Part shown: positions 55,867 through 64,000 of the stretch, in pieces
Position numbering within the stretch: position 1 is the stretch's first letter
How the letters are laid out: each line of letters starts with the position of its first letter
Source: an uncultured Christensenella sp.
Lineage (GTDB): Bacteria; Bacillota; Clostridia; Christensenellales; Borkfalkiaceae
Length of the DNA stretch: 64,000 nucleotides
NCBI GenBank assembly: GCA_910577375.1
Contig: CAJTLT010000001.1
Location: 291,426-355,425, forward strand
Direction: 5' to 3'
Made by a program: the position numbers and the translations under genes
The notes under the pieces: generated by a model
What the model was told of the DNA's origin: nothing
What the model saw: the letters and a program-made list of their open reading frames with translations, nothing else
Database searches by the model: none

Positions 55867-58062
55867 TCAAAAAATCGGCTGAACAGAATGTCCGCGCGTA
55901 TAATTCTTGTAATATTCCCGCAATTTTTCTTCGTTTTTGTAAATATCTAAAAGTTTTTTAGGCTGTTTTTCAAGCGTACAGTCCAAAAGATTACCCGCGT
56001 TGAATATAGTTGAAACAAGATTAGCACAGTTATAAACTTCAAAACGGCAATCACTTGTTTTATATCTGTGCAAATAAAATTTTCTGCCGTTTTCGTCCGT
56101 AATCATATAATGTTCCCGTTTATCGCAAGTTTTACATTTTTTTCCGAACGGACAAAAAATCAAATCCATAACTTTTATTCCGCCGGCAACTAAATAAAAC
56201 GAATTGTTTTTTGAAAGAACTTTTGCTTCCGAAACAGTCAATTCTTTGGAAAGCGCAAAATACTTCGCCTTACAAGCCGAAACGGAAATATTATTTGAAA
56301 TATTCATACCCGTACCGACAAATAAAGGCTTTTTAATTTCTTCCGCAAGTTTAAAACCGTATATACCGTCGCAATATATTCCGTCAAAATAATTTATCAG
56401 GCATTTAACACTCTCCGCTTCTCTGCCGCTTAGATAAGGCGGTAAAAATAAATATTTTTCCCCTTTGAAATCTTTGAGAAGCGTTAACACATCCGCATTA
56501 AAATCATTTAATTTTAAAATACCAATATCCACAGACAATCCGCATAAATTATCGCATATTATTGCGGTTTTCTCATTTTTTTCAATTTTAATTTCCGGAA
56601 TAATATAATTTTGTCTGATTTGTACATTATTATTTTCTGAAATACTTTCAAAATAAGCGCTAAAAACTTTACGGCGCAAAGCGTTAAGCGCTGATGCCGG
56701 AACAAAAACACCATCGCTCTCAAATTTACAAAAATTTATTGTAAAAGGATATTTATCAACCTTTCTAAAACAATTCTCAATTTCTTCTTTTGAAAGCGGG
56801 CGGCTTTGCGCCAAAGCTAACGGTTCATCACTATAAAACAATTTTCCGTTAATACAAACTTCCGCCTTTTTTCCCGCCATAAACTTAGCGGTAATCCGCA
56901 AGCTTATTAATTTTTTTATCTTCAAAAGATGCGCGTTTAATTGAGTATCGGTAGTTACAAAAACTTTATCGCCGCTTTTTAGACGCGCTTTTGTAGATAA
57001 AACAACTCCTGTTTTTACCGTTCCGCCAAAACTCGCCCCGCCGACCTCTCTGCCATCACGCAAAATTTTAAATCCATCGCCGATTCCAAAGTTTTGACGG
57101 CTTTGACAAATATATTTTCCATTTTCAACCTTAACGATTCCGACAAATTCGCCAATATGCCCTTGAACAGCATTCGATAAAAAAGTTTTATCTTGTCCGA
57201 AAGCAAGTCCTTTGGTATAATTCCCCCTGTTAAAAGTACGTTTTAAATCACTTAAATCATTATCAACTGGGTTACCGTTTAAAATATTCTTATAATATTT
57301 TACCGCGGCAGACACATATTCAGGGCGGCGCATCCTTCCCTCGATTTTGAATGAATAAACTCCGGCTTCAAGCAAAAGCTTTATATCTTCGCCAATATTC
57401 AAATCTGACAACGACAATTTATATGAGGGCTCTTCAAAACCGTCCTTATCAACGGAATATAATTTTCTGCACGGTTGCTTGCATTTGCCTCGGTTTCCGC
57501 TGTTACCCCCTGCAAAAGACGAAAGATAGCATTGCCCCGAAAAACACGAACATAAAGCGCCTTGTATAAAAACTTCCGTTTCAATAATTGAAGAAATCTC
57601 TTTTATATCCTCAAACGCGGTTTCCCTCGCAAGAATTACACGTGAAAACCCACATTCTTTTGCAAATAATGCACCGTATTTATTACAAACACCCGCCTGA
57701 GTTGAAAGATGAATAACCATTTGCGGATAATTGTGTTTTAAAAATGCTCCCACAAACACGTCTGAAATTATAATAGCGTCCGCACCAGCATTCCAAACTT
57801 TAACAGCAGATTGCAAAAAACCTGATAATTCTTCGCTTTTAATCAGCGTATTCATTGCAACATACACTTTTACTCCAAAAGCATGCGCATATCCAACCAA
57901 TTCGCCAAAGCTTTTTGTATCAAAATTTTCCGCCGAACTTCTTGCCGAATATTCTTTCAGCCCAATATAAACTGCGTCCGTTCCGGCATTTATAGCAGCA
58001 AAAGCGCTATTAATATCCCCAGCCGGCGCCAATATTTCACACATAGTACTATGCAAACCCAT
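55867..58062 (-). CDS. U32-family protein (long form, annotated historically as collagenase-like peptidase)
   Basis: 731 aa with the U32 signature EVFIQGALCSCFSGQCYLSS plus GKCKQPCR (a four-Cys cluster). The alternative start MCEILAPAG at 58044 would remove the 14-nt overlap with the upstream gene. Confidence 0.85.
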   Translation of the reverse strand: MGLHSTMCEILAPAGDINSAFAAINAGTDAVYIGLKEYSARSSAENFDTKSFGELVGYAHAFGVKVYVAMNTLIKSEELSGFLQSAVKVWNAGADAIIISDVFVGAFLKHNYPQMVIHLSTQAGVCNKYGALFAKECGFSRVILARETAFEDIKEISSIIETEVFIQGALCSCFSGQCYLSSFAGGNSGNRGKCKQPCRKLYSVDKDGFEEPSYKLSLSDLNIGEDIKLLLEAGVYSFKIEGRMRRPEYVSAAVKYYKNILNGNPVDNDLSDLKRTFNRGNYTKGLAFGQDKTFLSNAVQGHIGEFVGIVKVENGKYICQSRQNFGIGDGFKILRDGREVGGASFGGTVKTGVVLSTKARLKSGDKVFVTTDTQLNAHLLKIKKLISLRITAKFMAGKKAEVCINGKLFYSDEPLALAQSRPLSKEEIENCFRKVDKYPFTINFCKFESDGVFVPASALNALRRKVFSAYFESISENNNVQIRQNYIIPEIKIEKNEKTAIICDNLCGLSVDIGILKLNDFNADVLTLLKDFKGEKYLFLPPYLSGREAESVKCLINYFDGIYCDGIYGFKLAEEIKKPLFVGTGMNISNNISVSACKAKYFALSKELTVSEAKVLSKNNSFYLVAGGIKVMDLIFCPFGKKCKTCDKREHYMITDENGRKFYLHRYKTSDCRFEVYNCANLVSTIFNAGNLLDCTLEKQPKKLLDIYKNEEKLREYYKNYTRGHSVQPIF

Positions 58063-58873
58063 ATTTTTCTATAATTTGAGCTATCGCCCCGTCATTATTG
58101 GATATAGAAATAAAATCAGCTAAAGCTTTTAAAGAATCGTCTGCGTTTTCAACGGCAACACCAATCCCCGCAGTCTTTATCATAGAAATATCGTTGAGAT
58201 TATCCCCGACGGCAATACATTCCTCCAAAGAAATATTAAAACGTCCACACAGATACTTTACGGCTTCTCCCTTAGTGTCTCCTTTAGGTGAAATCTCAAC
58301 AAGTTCTTTTGCACTGCACGTAACGTCAAATCTTTCCCCGAGTCTTGTATTCAGTTCTGAATATAAAGCGTCCCTTTCGCTTCTTTTTACAAGTATCGCA
58401 ATTTTTTGGCAATTCAACCGTTTGTTCAATACAAAATCGAACATTTGACCGTTAACATATTCTGCTGAAACACAAACAATACGCTCATATAATTGCAGAT
58501 ACTCGTTATCTTTCGGAATATCGGTATAAAGATTGTCTCCGCAATAAATATTTACGGGTTGATTAAGCTCCTTGATATTCCTGCAAATTTCAGCAACCTC
58601 AACATAAGGAATACTGTTGCATTTTAATAAATTACCGCTCTCTATATCCGCTATAACGCTGCCCTGATTGGCAATAACTAAACCGCTGAGCCCAAGCTTT
58701 CTGACTTGCGGAAGTATTGAACGCAACATTCTTCCAGTACATACCGCAAAAATGCCGCCGGCGTTGATATATTCACTTATAGCCTTTTTTACTTGTTCGG
58801 GAACATTCTGATTATCGTCGATAAGCGTCCCGTCAAAATCAGACACAATAAGTTTATAATTAATTTTTCTCAT
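58049..58873 (-). CDS. Cof-type HAD-IIB family hydrolase
   Basis: 274 aa with LIVSDFDGTL (DxD nucleophile motif) and a C-terminal GDNLNDISM. Confidence 0.85.
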   Translation of the reverse strand: MRKINYKLIVSDFDGTLIDDNQNVPEQVKKAISEYINAGGIFAVCTGRMLRSILPQVRKLGLSGLVIANQGSVIADIESGNLLKCNSIPYVEVAEICRNIKELNQPVNIYCGDNLYTDIPKDNEYLQLYERIVCVSAEYVNGQMFDFVLNKRLNCQKIAILVKRSERDALYSELNTRLGERFDVTCSAKELVEISPKGDTKGEAVKYLCGRFNISLEECIAVGDNLNDISMIKTAGIGVAVENADDSLKALADFISISNNDGAIAQIIEKYGFA

Positions 58874-60678
58874 AAATTTTCTTGCAAATAAGATTTTATA
58901 TTTTGCGCAATTGTTTTTGATATACCGTTAACGGCGGCTATATCTTCCACGCTTGCATCCATAATGCGCTCAAGCGTTCCGAATTTTTCCAAAAGCGCCA
59001 TTCTCCGCGCCTTGCCTATACCATCTATTTCTGTTAATACACTTTGCAAATTTCGTTTTGAGTGAATATTTCTGAAATAAGTTATAGCAAATCTGTGAGC
59101 CTCGTCACGTATACGTTGCAACATTTTTAGCGAATAATCGCGGTGCGGAATTTTGATGCTTCCTTCAGAATATAAAGTAAACACTTCTTCTTCCCGTTTA
59201 GCCAAAGAAACAAGTTCTATTCCGCTTATATTCATTTCGTCAAAAATATTCTTTACCGCTGAAAGCTGCCCTTTGCCGCCGTCAACAATAATTAAATCCG
59301 GCTTGGGAAATTTTTCTTCCTCTACAGTACCGAGTTTTGAAAGTCTGCGAGTTAAAACTTCTTGCAAAGACGCAAAATCATTTGCACCCTCTACGGTTTT
59401 TATTCTGAACCGACGGTAACTGTTCCTGTCCGCTTCGCCGTCGATAAACACCACCATAGACCCGACTTTATCTACACCGCTTATATTTGATATATCGTAA
59501 CATTCCATTCTGCGCGGATAACATTTAAGAGAAAGCTGAACCTGTAAATGCTTGCAAGCGTTTACAGTCATATCGTCTTTGTGTTTAATTTTATCGACCG
59601 ATTTTTCAAGATACTCTTCGGCGTTTTGTTTCGCCATTTTCAATAAACGGAACTTATCGCCTTGTTTTGCAAGAGTAATTTCAACAGACTTCTGAAATCT
59701 TTCCTTAAAATAATTTTGCAATAACTCTTTTTCACAGAACTCTTCGCATATTATTTCCGAAGGCGCTTCATGATTTTGATAATACTGCGTAATAAAACTC
59801 GTAAGCGCTTCTCCGTCGGACATGTGTGCCTCATCCAAAGCAAAAGAACTTCCGCCCTGCATAATGCCTTTACGCGTAACCAGCACGTTTACTGCCGAAT
59901 ATAGATTATTTGTTGCGTAAGCTATTATATCCGCATCAATGTAACGGTTTATTGAAGTTATTCTTTTCGCTTCAAGTTTAGAAAGCATTTCAAGCTTATT
60001 TTTATAATCAAGCGCAAGCTCGAAATTTTCGTTTTGCGCCGCAGAAACCATTTTATCTTTCAACATTGCTTCCGCGTCTTTGTAATTACCGTCAAGAAAA
60101 TTCAATGCCGATTTTACGCGTTGTAAATATCCATTCTTATCAATTTTTCCGGCACACGGTGCAGGACATCTGCAAATATGATAATTCAGGCATTCCCGCT
60201 TATTTCCGGTTATTTTGGTATGACACAATCTTACGCTGAAGGCAAGCTGTACAGTATCAAGTATATCTTTGCAACTAATACCGCCCATAAACGGACCGAA
60301 ATATCTGCAACCGTCTTTTGAGATTTTACGCGTTATATAAAAATTAGGAAAATCTTCCCGCATATCAACTTTAATATAAGGATAAGTTTTATCGTCCTTT
60401 AATAAAATGTTGTATTTGGGTTTGTATTTTTTAATTAAATTGTTTTCCAGCGCAAGAGCGTCAATTTCGCTGTTAGTAATTATATAGTTGAAATCCCTGA
60501 TATTTTCAACCATTTTCATTACTTTTTCAGGTTTTGGCGAATTATGAAAATACTGTCTGACGCGGTTTTTAAGTATCCGCGCTTTACCGACGTATATAAT
60601 ATTTTTATATTCGTCAAGCATTATATAAACACCCGGATTTTCAGGCAAAAGCTTTAATTTCTCTTTAATTACATCCAT
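58870..60678 (-). CDS. uvrC: Excinuclease ABC subunit C
   Basis: 602 aa with an N-terminal GIY-YIG (PGVYIMLDEYKNIIYVGKA), a UVR domain, an endonuclease V-like domain and a C-terminal (HhH)2. Confidence 0.95.
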   Translation of the reverse strand: MDVIKEKLKLLPENPGVYIMLDEYKNIIYVGKARILKNRVRQYFHNSPKPEKVMKMVENIRDFNYIITNSEIDALALENNLIKKYKPKYNILLKDDKTYPYIKVDMREDFPNFYITRKISKDGCRYFGPFMGGISCKDILDTVQLAFSVRLCHTKITGNKRECLNYHICRCPAPCAGKIDKNGYLQRVKSALNFLDGNYKDAEAMLKDKMVSAAQNENFELALDYKNKLEMLSKLEAKRITSINRYIDADIIAYATNNLYSAVNVLVTRKGIMQGGSSFALDEAHMSDGEALTSFITQYYQNHEAPSEIICEEFCEKELLQNYFKERFQKSVEITLAKQGDKFRLLKMAKQNAEEYLEKSVDKIKHKDDMTVNACKHLQVQLSLKCYPRRMECYDISNISGVDKVGSMVVFIDGEADRNSYRRFRIKTVEGANDFASLQEVLTRRLSKLGTVEEEKFPKPDLIIVDGGKGQLSAVKNIFDEMNISGIELVSLAKREEEVFTLYSEGSIKIPHRDYSLKMLQRIRDEAHRFAITYFRNIHSKRNLQSVLTEIDGIGKARRMALLEKFGTLERIMDASVEDIAAVNGISKTIAQNIKSYLQENL

Positions 60679-60692
60679 TTCCGTCTGCTGTT

Positions 60693-60721
60693 ATTATAGC
60701 ATAACAACCACACTTTTGCAA
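60693..60721 (-). promoter_or_regulatory. Candidate uvrC promoter
   Basis: The minus strand reads TTGCAA-17 nt-TATAAT, 14 nt upstream of the ATG. No GAAC-N4-GTTC box is seen. Confidence 0.45.
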
Positions 60722-60724
60722 ATT

Positions 60725-60754
60725 AAAAAATCTTGCCTTAAAGCAAGATTTTTT
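60725..60754. terminator. Intrinsic terminator after the pectate lyase gene
   Basis: aaaaaatcttgc-cttaaa-gcaagatttttt. Confidence 0.8.
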
Positions 60755-60758
60755 ATAT

Positions 60759-63050
60759 TTATTTTGCCGTTTTATGTACACCGGCAAGTTTTGGAATTTC
60801 CGTTGCAATTTTATTCATATCGGTAATCATGTCGGTTACGTCGCTCTTACCGTTCCTATAATAAAATTTATTTTCATCTATATCGAACTGGTCATCATAG
60901 ATATTTTGATTTTCGATTTTATCAGCTCTTGTTTGCGCAACAACAATATTATATGCTTGCGTGTTCAATCTGTATTCTTCTTTAAGTTCGTCCTCAATAA
61001 AATTACAGTTATAAAGCTTAACATAAGCGTCAAGTTTAACCTTGTTGCCGTTTAAAGTTATCTCTTTTTTGCCAAGCTGAGTCTGAATGGGATTTTTTGC
61101 GTTTTCAAAACGACAATATTCTATTAAGGCATACGCCCCCGAACGCAAAGACATATTCGTTCCCGAAGACTTGTAATAATAATTGTTATACATATGCATA
61201 TTAGCTTGTCTGCCGAGAGGCAAACGACTGTTGCACCGGTCATAAAAATTATGATGGAACGTCACGTTTGCGGTAAAAACGTTATCATCGGACCCGATAA
61301 GCCCCGTTTTATGGTTATTATAATAATGGTTATACGCTATCGTAACATACGCGCACCTTTTGAAATCCGTTGCGCCGTCACCCTCGCGTTTATCTTGCTC
61401 TGCACAAACATCCCAATAGTTCTTCCCCTCGTTGAAAGTATTATGATGCACCCACAGTCTGTTTGAATTAAATTTATCTACCGCCATTCCGGTATAAGTT
61501 GTGTTGGTACTGCCTTCAAAACTGCAAGCGTCCTCGGTATAATCGTCAAACGTAATATTTCTAATTTCTATTGAACTGCATGATTTCCAAGTCAAACCCC
61601 ATTGAAAAATTTCCGCATCTGTTCCTATCCCCTCTACAGTAACGTTTGACGCATTTGATATTTCACAATTATTCCAATATGAGTCATATTCACATTGCTC
61701 GAGGTCGGAATTTGACGTATATGAAACTTTGCTGACAAGCCCGTTAAGTTTGGAATATACAGAAGTGTCAAGCACATTATAACCGCCCTCGATTAATTTT
61801 TCTTGTGTCGCTGAAGATGACGGAAGCTGTTTTCCGTTAAGTCCTTTTATTACGGAAGCCTTCAAATTACCGTCTTTTGTTCCGTCAACAGTATTCGACG
61901 TTGTTTTATTATAAATAAGCCCTTCTTTCCATGTTGCCGCGCCTATTGTTCCCAACACCCGCACTATCACCGGCTTTTTTGCATTTTTAGCATCACCGAG
62001 AATACTTACAATTCCCACCTTATTACTGTTCCAAGGGGCAACAACACTGTTTTTTGTTTGCTCGTTAACATAAATGATATATGCATCGTTTTTTGGCGTT
62101 CCGTCATTATTATATCCGCCTACACCGCCGCTGAAATCACTTCCGTCAATTTTAAAATGAGCATATCCGGAACGGTCATATGCCGTGACAGTCACGTCTC
62201 TTTCGACCTGCTTACTATCCGCCACAGCTTTTATTGTATATTCTCCCGCCTTTAACCCGACAATGTCCGCACGGACAACACCGTTTTTTATGCGGACAAG
62301 CTGTTTATCTATTTGCTTATATGTACTTATAGCGGCTGATTTTAATTTATAAAATACACTGTAATCATCGGCCTGATTTTTTCCGTTTAAAGCGGGAAAT
62401 TCCAGATAAGCGCCTTCCTCATATCCGCCATAAGATTTCAAATCAAATTCGGAAACAGACGTAAATTTGCCATAATATATTTTATCTCCAGTAGAATTAA
62501 CGGGTATTTCCGTTATCTCCGTACCGTTATAATTTGAATCTGCAAACCATCCGCTGAAAACAAAGCCGCTTCGTGAAAGTTGCGGCAATAATTTTTTTGC
62601 ATCATACGAATAAGAAGTTATATTATCGCTTCCGGAATATTCAGCTCCGTCTACAATCAAAGTAACTTTAAACGTATCGGCAACCCATTTGGCATAAAAA
62701 GTTTTAGGACCTTCATCAAAAGCGCTTATTTTGGTAACTGCTACGCCGTTAAAATCAGAACTTTTAAACCAACCGGCAAAAGAGTAATGAGTTTTTGTTG
62801 CCGTGGGCAAATCGTACTCCTTCCCCGCAACATAAGTATTCATTTCTTTGGACAGCGTACCGCCGTCCAAAATATAAGTTATGTTATATGTATACGTATT
62901 ACCGTCGTCAGGCGTAGTTTGAGAACCGTTTGAACCGCCGTTCCCACTGGAAGGTTTGTTAAAAAAACCTTCAAACACATCGCATGCGGTAAAAGCCGTC
63001 AACGATAACGCTAAAACAATTGCAGTAAAAACCTTAAATAGTTTTCTCAT
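60759..63050 (-). CDS. Secreted (probable lipoprotein) pectate lyase (PL1-like) with N-terminal Listeria-Bacteroides-type repeats
   Basis: 763 aa with a signal peptide and lipobox-like LTAFTAC. Two repeats of type Y..LP....GY.F.GWF are present. The C-terminal parallel beta-helix carries LWVHHNTF and RLPLGRQANMHMYNNYY (R-x-P-x2-R-x-G-x2-H-x2-NN-x-Y of PL1). Confidence 0.8.
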   Translation of the reverse strand: MRKLFKVFTAIVLALSLTAFTACDVFEGFFNKPSSGNGGSNGSQTTPDDGNTYTYNITYILDGGTLSKEMNTYVAGKEYDLPTATKTHYSFAGWFKSSDFNGVAVTKISAFDEGPKTFYAKWVADTFKVTLIVDGAEYSGSDNITSYSYDAKKLLPQLSRSGFVFSGWFADSNYNGTEITEIPVNSTGDKIYYGKFTSVSEFDLKSYGGYEEGAYLEFPALNGKNQADDYSVFYKLKSAAISTYKQIDKQLVRIKNGVVRADIVGLKAGEYTIKAVADSKQVERDVTVTAYDRSGYAHFKIDGSDFSGGVGGYNNDGTPKNDAYIIYVNEQTKNSVVAPWNSNKVGIVSILGDAKNAKKPVIVRVLGTIGAATWKEGLIYNKTTSNTVDGTKDGNLKASVIKGLNGKQLPSSSATQEKLIEGGYNVLDTSVYSKLNGLVSKVSYTSNSDLEQCEYDSYWNNCEISNASNVTVEGIGTDAEIFQWGLTWKSCSSIEIRNITFDDYTEDACSFEGSTNTTYTGMAVDKFNSNRLWVHHNTFNEGKNYWDVCAEQDKREGDGATDFKRCAYVTIAYNHYYNNHKTGLIGSDDNVFTANVTFHHNFYDRCNSRLPLGRQANMHMYNNYYYKSSGTNMSLRSGAYALIEYCRFENAKNPIQTQLGKKEITLNGNKVKLDAYVKLYNCNFIEDELKEEYRLNTQAYNIVVAQTRADKIENQNIYDDQFDIDENKFYYRNGKSDVTDMITDMNKIATEIPKLAGVHKTAK

Positions 63051-63078
63051 CTCTTTTCTCCTAAACTTCCCTGATTAT

Positions 63079-63107
63079 ATTTTATCACATAAATTGTAAA
63101 TTTTCAA
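63079..63107 (-). promoter_or_regulatory. Candidate promoter of the pectate lyase gene
   Basis: The minus strand reads TTGAAA-17 nt-TAAAAT, about 28 nt upstream of the ATG (SD AGGAG). Confidence 0.5.
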
Positions 63108-63141
63108 CAAGTATTTTCTAATTTTTCCAATATAAAACGTG

Positions 63142-63174
63142 AAAAAGCGGACGATTTTTCACCGTCCGCTTTTT
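63142..63174. terminator. Intrinsic terminator after the ArsR-family gene
   Basis: aaaaagcggacg-atttttcac-cgtccgcttttt. Confidence 0.85.
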
Positions 63175-63188
63175 GCTTTAATTATTTA

Positions 63189-63527
63189 TTAACACCCCAA
63201 AAACTCCACGCCTTTCAGCATCACGTCGTTTACGGTATCGTTGACCAAACTGTAAAAAATAATTTTACCCTGTCGTTCGCTCTTTACTATCCCGAGATTT
63301 TTTAAAAGCCTTAACTGATGCGAAACCGTAGTTTGATTTATATCCAAAACGCGCGACAAATCTGTAACGCACATTTCGGAAATCGCAAGCGCGGAAAGCA
63401 TCCTCACTCTCGTCGGGTCGGCAAAAATAGAAAAAAAACAAACTATACTGTCCAGAACGTCGCCTTCGGGCACGTACTCCTTGACCAAATCTTTTGTGCG
63501 TCTGTCCAAAAGCATTGTATCCTGCAT
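63189..63527 (-). CDS. ArsR/SmtB-family metalloregulatory transcription factor
   Basis: 112 aa with FADPTRVRMLSAL..EMCVTDLSRVLDINQTTVSHQLRLLKNLGIVKSERQGKIIFYSL (winged HTH of the ArsR family). Confidence 0.9.
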   Translation of the reverse strand: MQDTMLLDRRTKDLVKEYVPEGDVLDSIVCFFSIFADPTRVRMLSALAISEMCVTDLSRVLDINQTTVSHQLRLLKNLGIVKSERQGKIIFYSLVNDTVNDVMLKGVEFLGC

Positions 63528-63545
63528 ATGTATCCTCCTGTAAAA

Positions 63546-63574
63546 ATTATAAGGCGCATATGCTGATATGTCAA
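63546..63574 (-). promoter_or_regulatory. Candidate ArsR-gene promoter with a palindrome in the spacer
   Basis: The minus strand reads TTGACA-17 nt-TATAAT. The spacer contains CATAT-gcag/gctg-ATATG (63557..63570). Confidence 0.5.
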
Positions 63575-63616
63575 AATGTTATAGTGACGTATACTGTCAC
63601 AATTTGACTTTGTTTG

Positions 63617-64000
63617 TCATTTGTTTTCTATAGAAACAACTTTGTATCCCGCATCGTTAACCAACGCTGTAATTTCTTCGGAAGAAATTTCTTCACGGCT
63701 GCGTATCACCGCTATTTTCTTCTTTAATTTCACATCTACAGAAACAACGTTTTTTGCTGTTGAAATTTTATCTTCAACTCTTTTTGCACAATGTTCACAA
63801 CACATACCTTCAATATTTACTATAGTTTTCATAAAATTATCCTTTATATATTTTTTATTTTTATACAGCAACAGTCTGAGAGCGTTTCCAACCACAAAAA
63901 GCGAACTCAAACTCATACATGCCGCCGCAATCATTGGATTAAACACAAACCCGAGAACCGAAAACGTACCGGCCGCAACGGGTATCATAATTACGTTATA
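63617..64000 (-). CDS. Heavy-metal P1B-type ATPase, C-terminal fragment, ending in a fused HMA (MxCxxC) domain (gene runs off the right edge)
   Basis: The frame is open to the window end (YNVIMIPVAAG...NPMIAAACMSLSSLFVVGNALRL is the last TM of P1B ATPases). It continues in frame into MKTIVNIEGMCCEHCAKRVEDKIS...GYKVVSIENK (ferredoxin-like HMA). Confidence 0.8.
   Translation of the reverse strand, partial: YNVIMIPVAAGTFSVLGFVFNPMIAAACMSLSSLFVVGNALRLLLYKNKKYIKDNFMKTIVNIEGMCCEHCAKRVEDKISTAKNVVSVDVKLKKKIAVIRSREEISSEEITALVNDAGYKVVSIENK

Overview
This is an AT-rich, Firmicutes/Clostridia-like chromosomal window made almost entirely of core housekeeping genes. I found no CRISPR array, IS element, prophage or recognisable defence island.

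**Left block (about 0.6-25.9 kb, nearly all + strand):** groES/groEL (on -), dCMP deaminase, cyclophilin, purB, tRNA-Trp, and a P5C-reductase-like gene coupled to RNase HI. It continues with a TVP38-family membrane protein, a five-gene biotin/Na+-decarboxylase cluster, a BaiN-like flavoprotein, an aroH-cmk fusion, plsC, an ispH-S1 fusion, htpG and glgBCDAP.

**Central 26-29.5 kb:** a tyrosine recombinase preceded by a perfect 23-6-23 palindrome, a 59-aa Cys-rich protein divergent from lexA, a CDF transporter and tRNA-Thr.

**Right block (29.5-64 kb, nearly all - strand):**
- Glycolysis and replication: pfkB-type kinase, pfkA, dnaE, whiA, a PHP phosphoesterase and murB.
- Translation: yebC, a TrmH-family methyltransferase, infC-rpmI-rplT with an attenuator leader, thrS with a Thr T-box, and leuS (+).
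- A small membrane protein/HTH pair, an orphan ACP and tex.
- Repair and associated genes: alkD-like, hypoxanthine-DNA glycosylase-like, M16 peptidase, polysaccharide deacetylase, mutS2, U32, a Cof hydrolase and uvrC.
- A lipoprotein pectate lyase, an ArsR regulator and the 3' end of a P-type ATPase.

**Most noteworthy observations, all hypotheses:**
- The two gene blocks converge on 26-29.5 kb. This looks like a replication terminus, with a single tyrosine recombinase next to a dif-like palindromic core site.
- A Na+-pump decarboxylase operon carries both a divergent acyl-CoA (12S-type) and an oxaloacetate/pyruvate (5S-type) carboxyltransferase around one biotin carrier.
- A Cys-rich mini-protein sits divergent from lexA, next to a symmetric variant of the LexA box.
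- The P-type ATPase ends in a C-terminal HMA domain that has its own internal SD+ATG.
- aroH and cmk are fused into one ORF.

Nothing here is demonstrably a new system from sequence alone.
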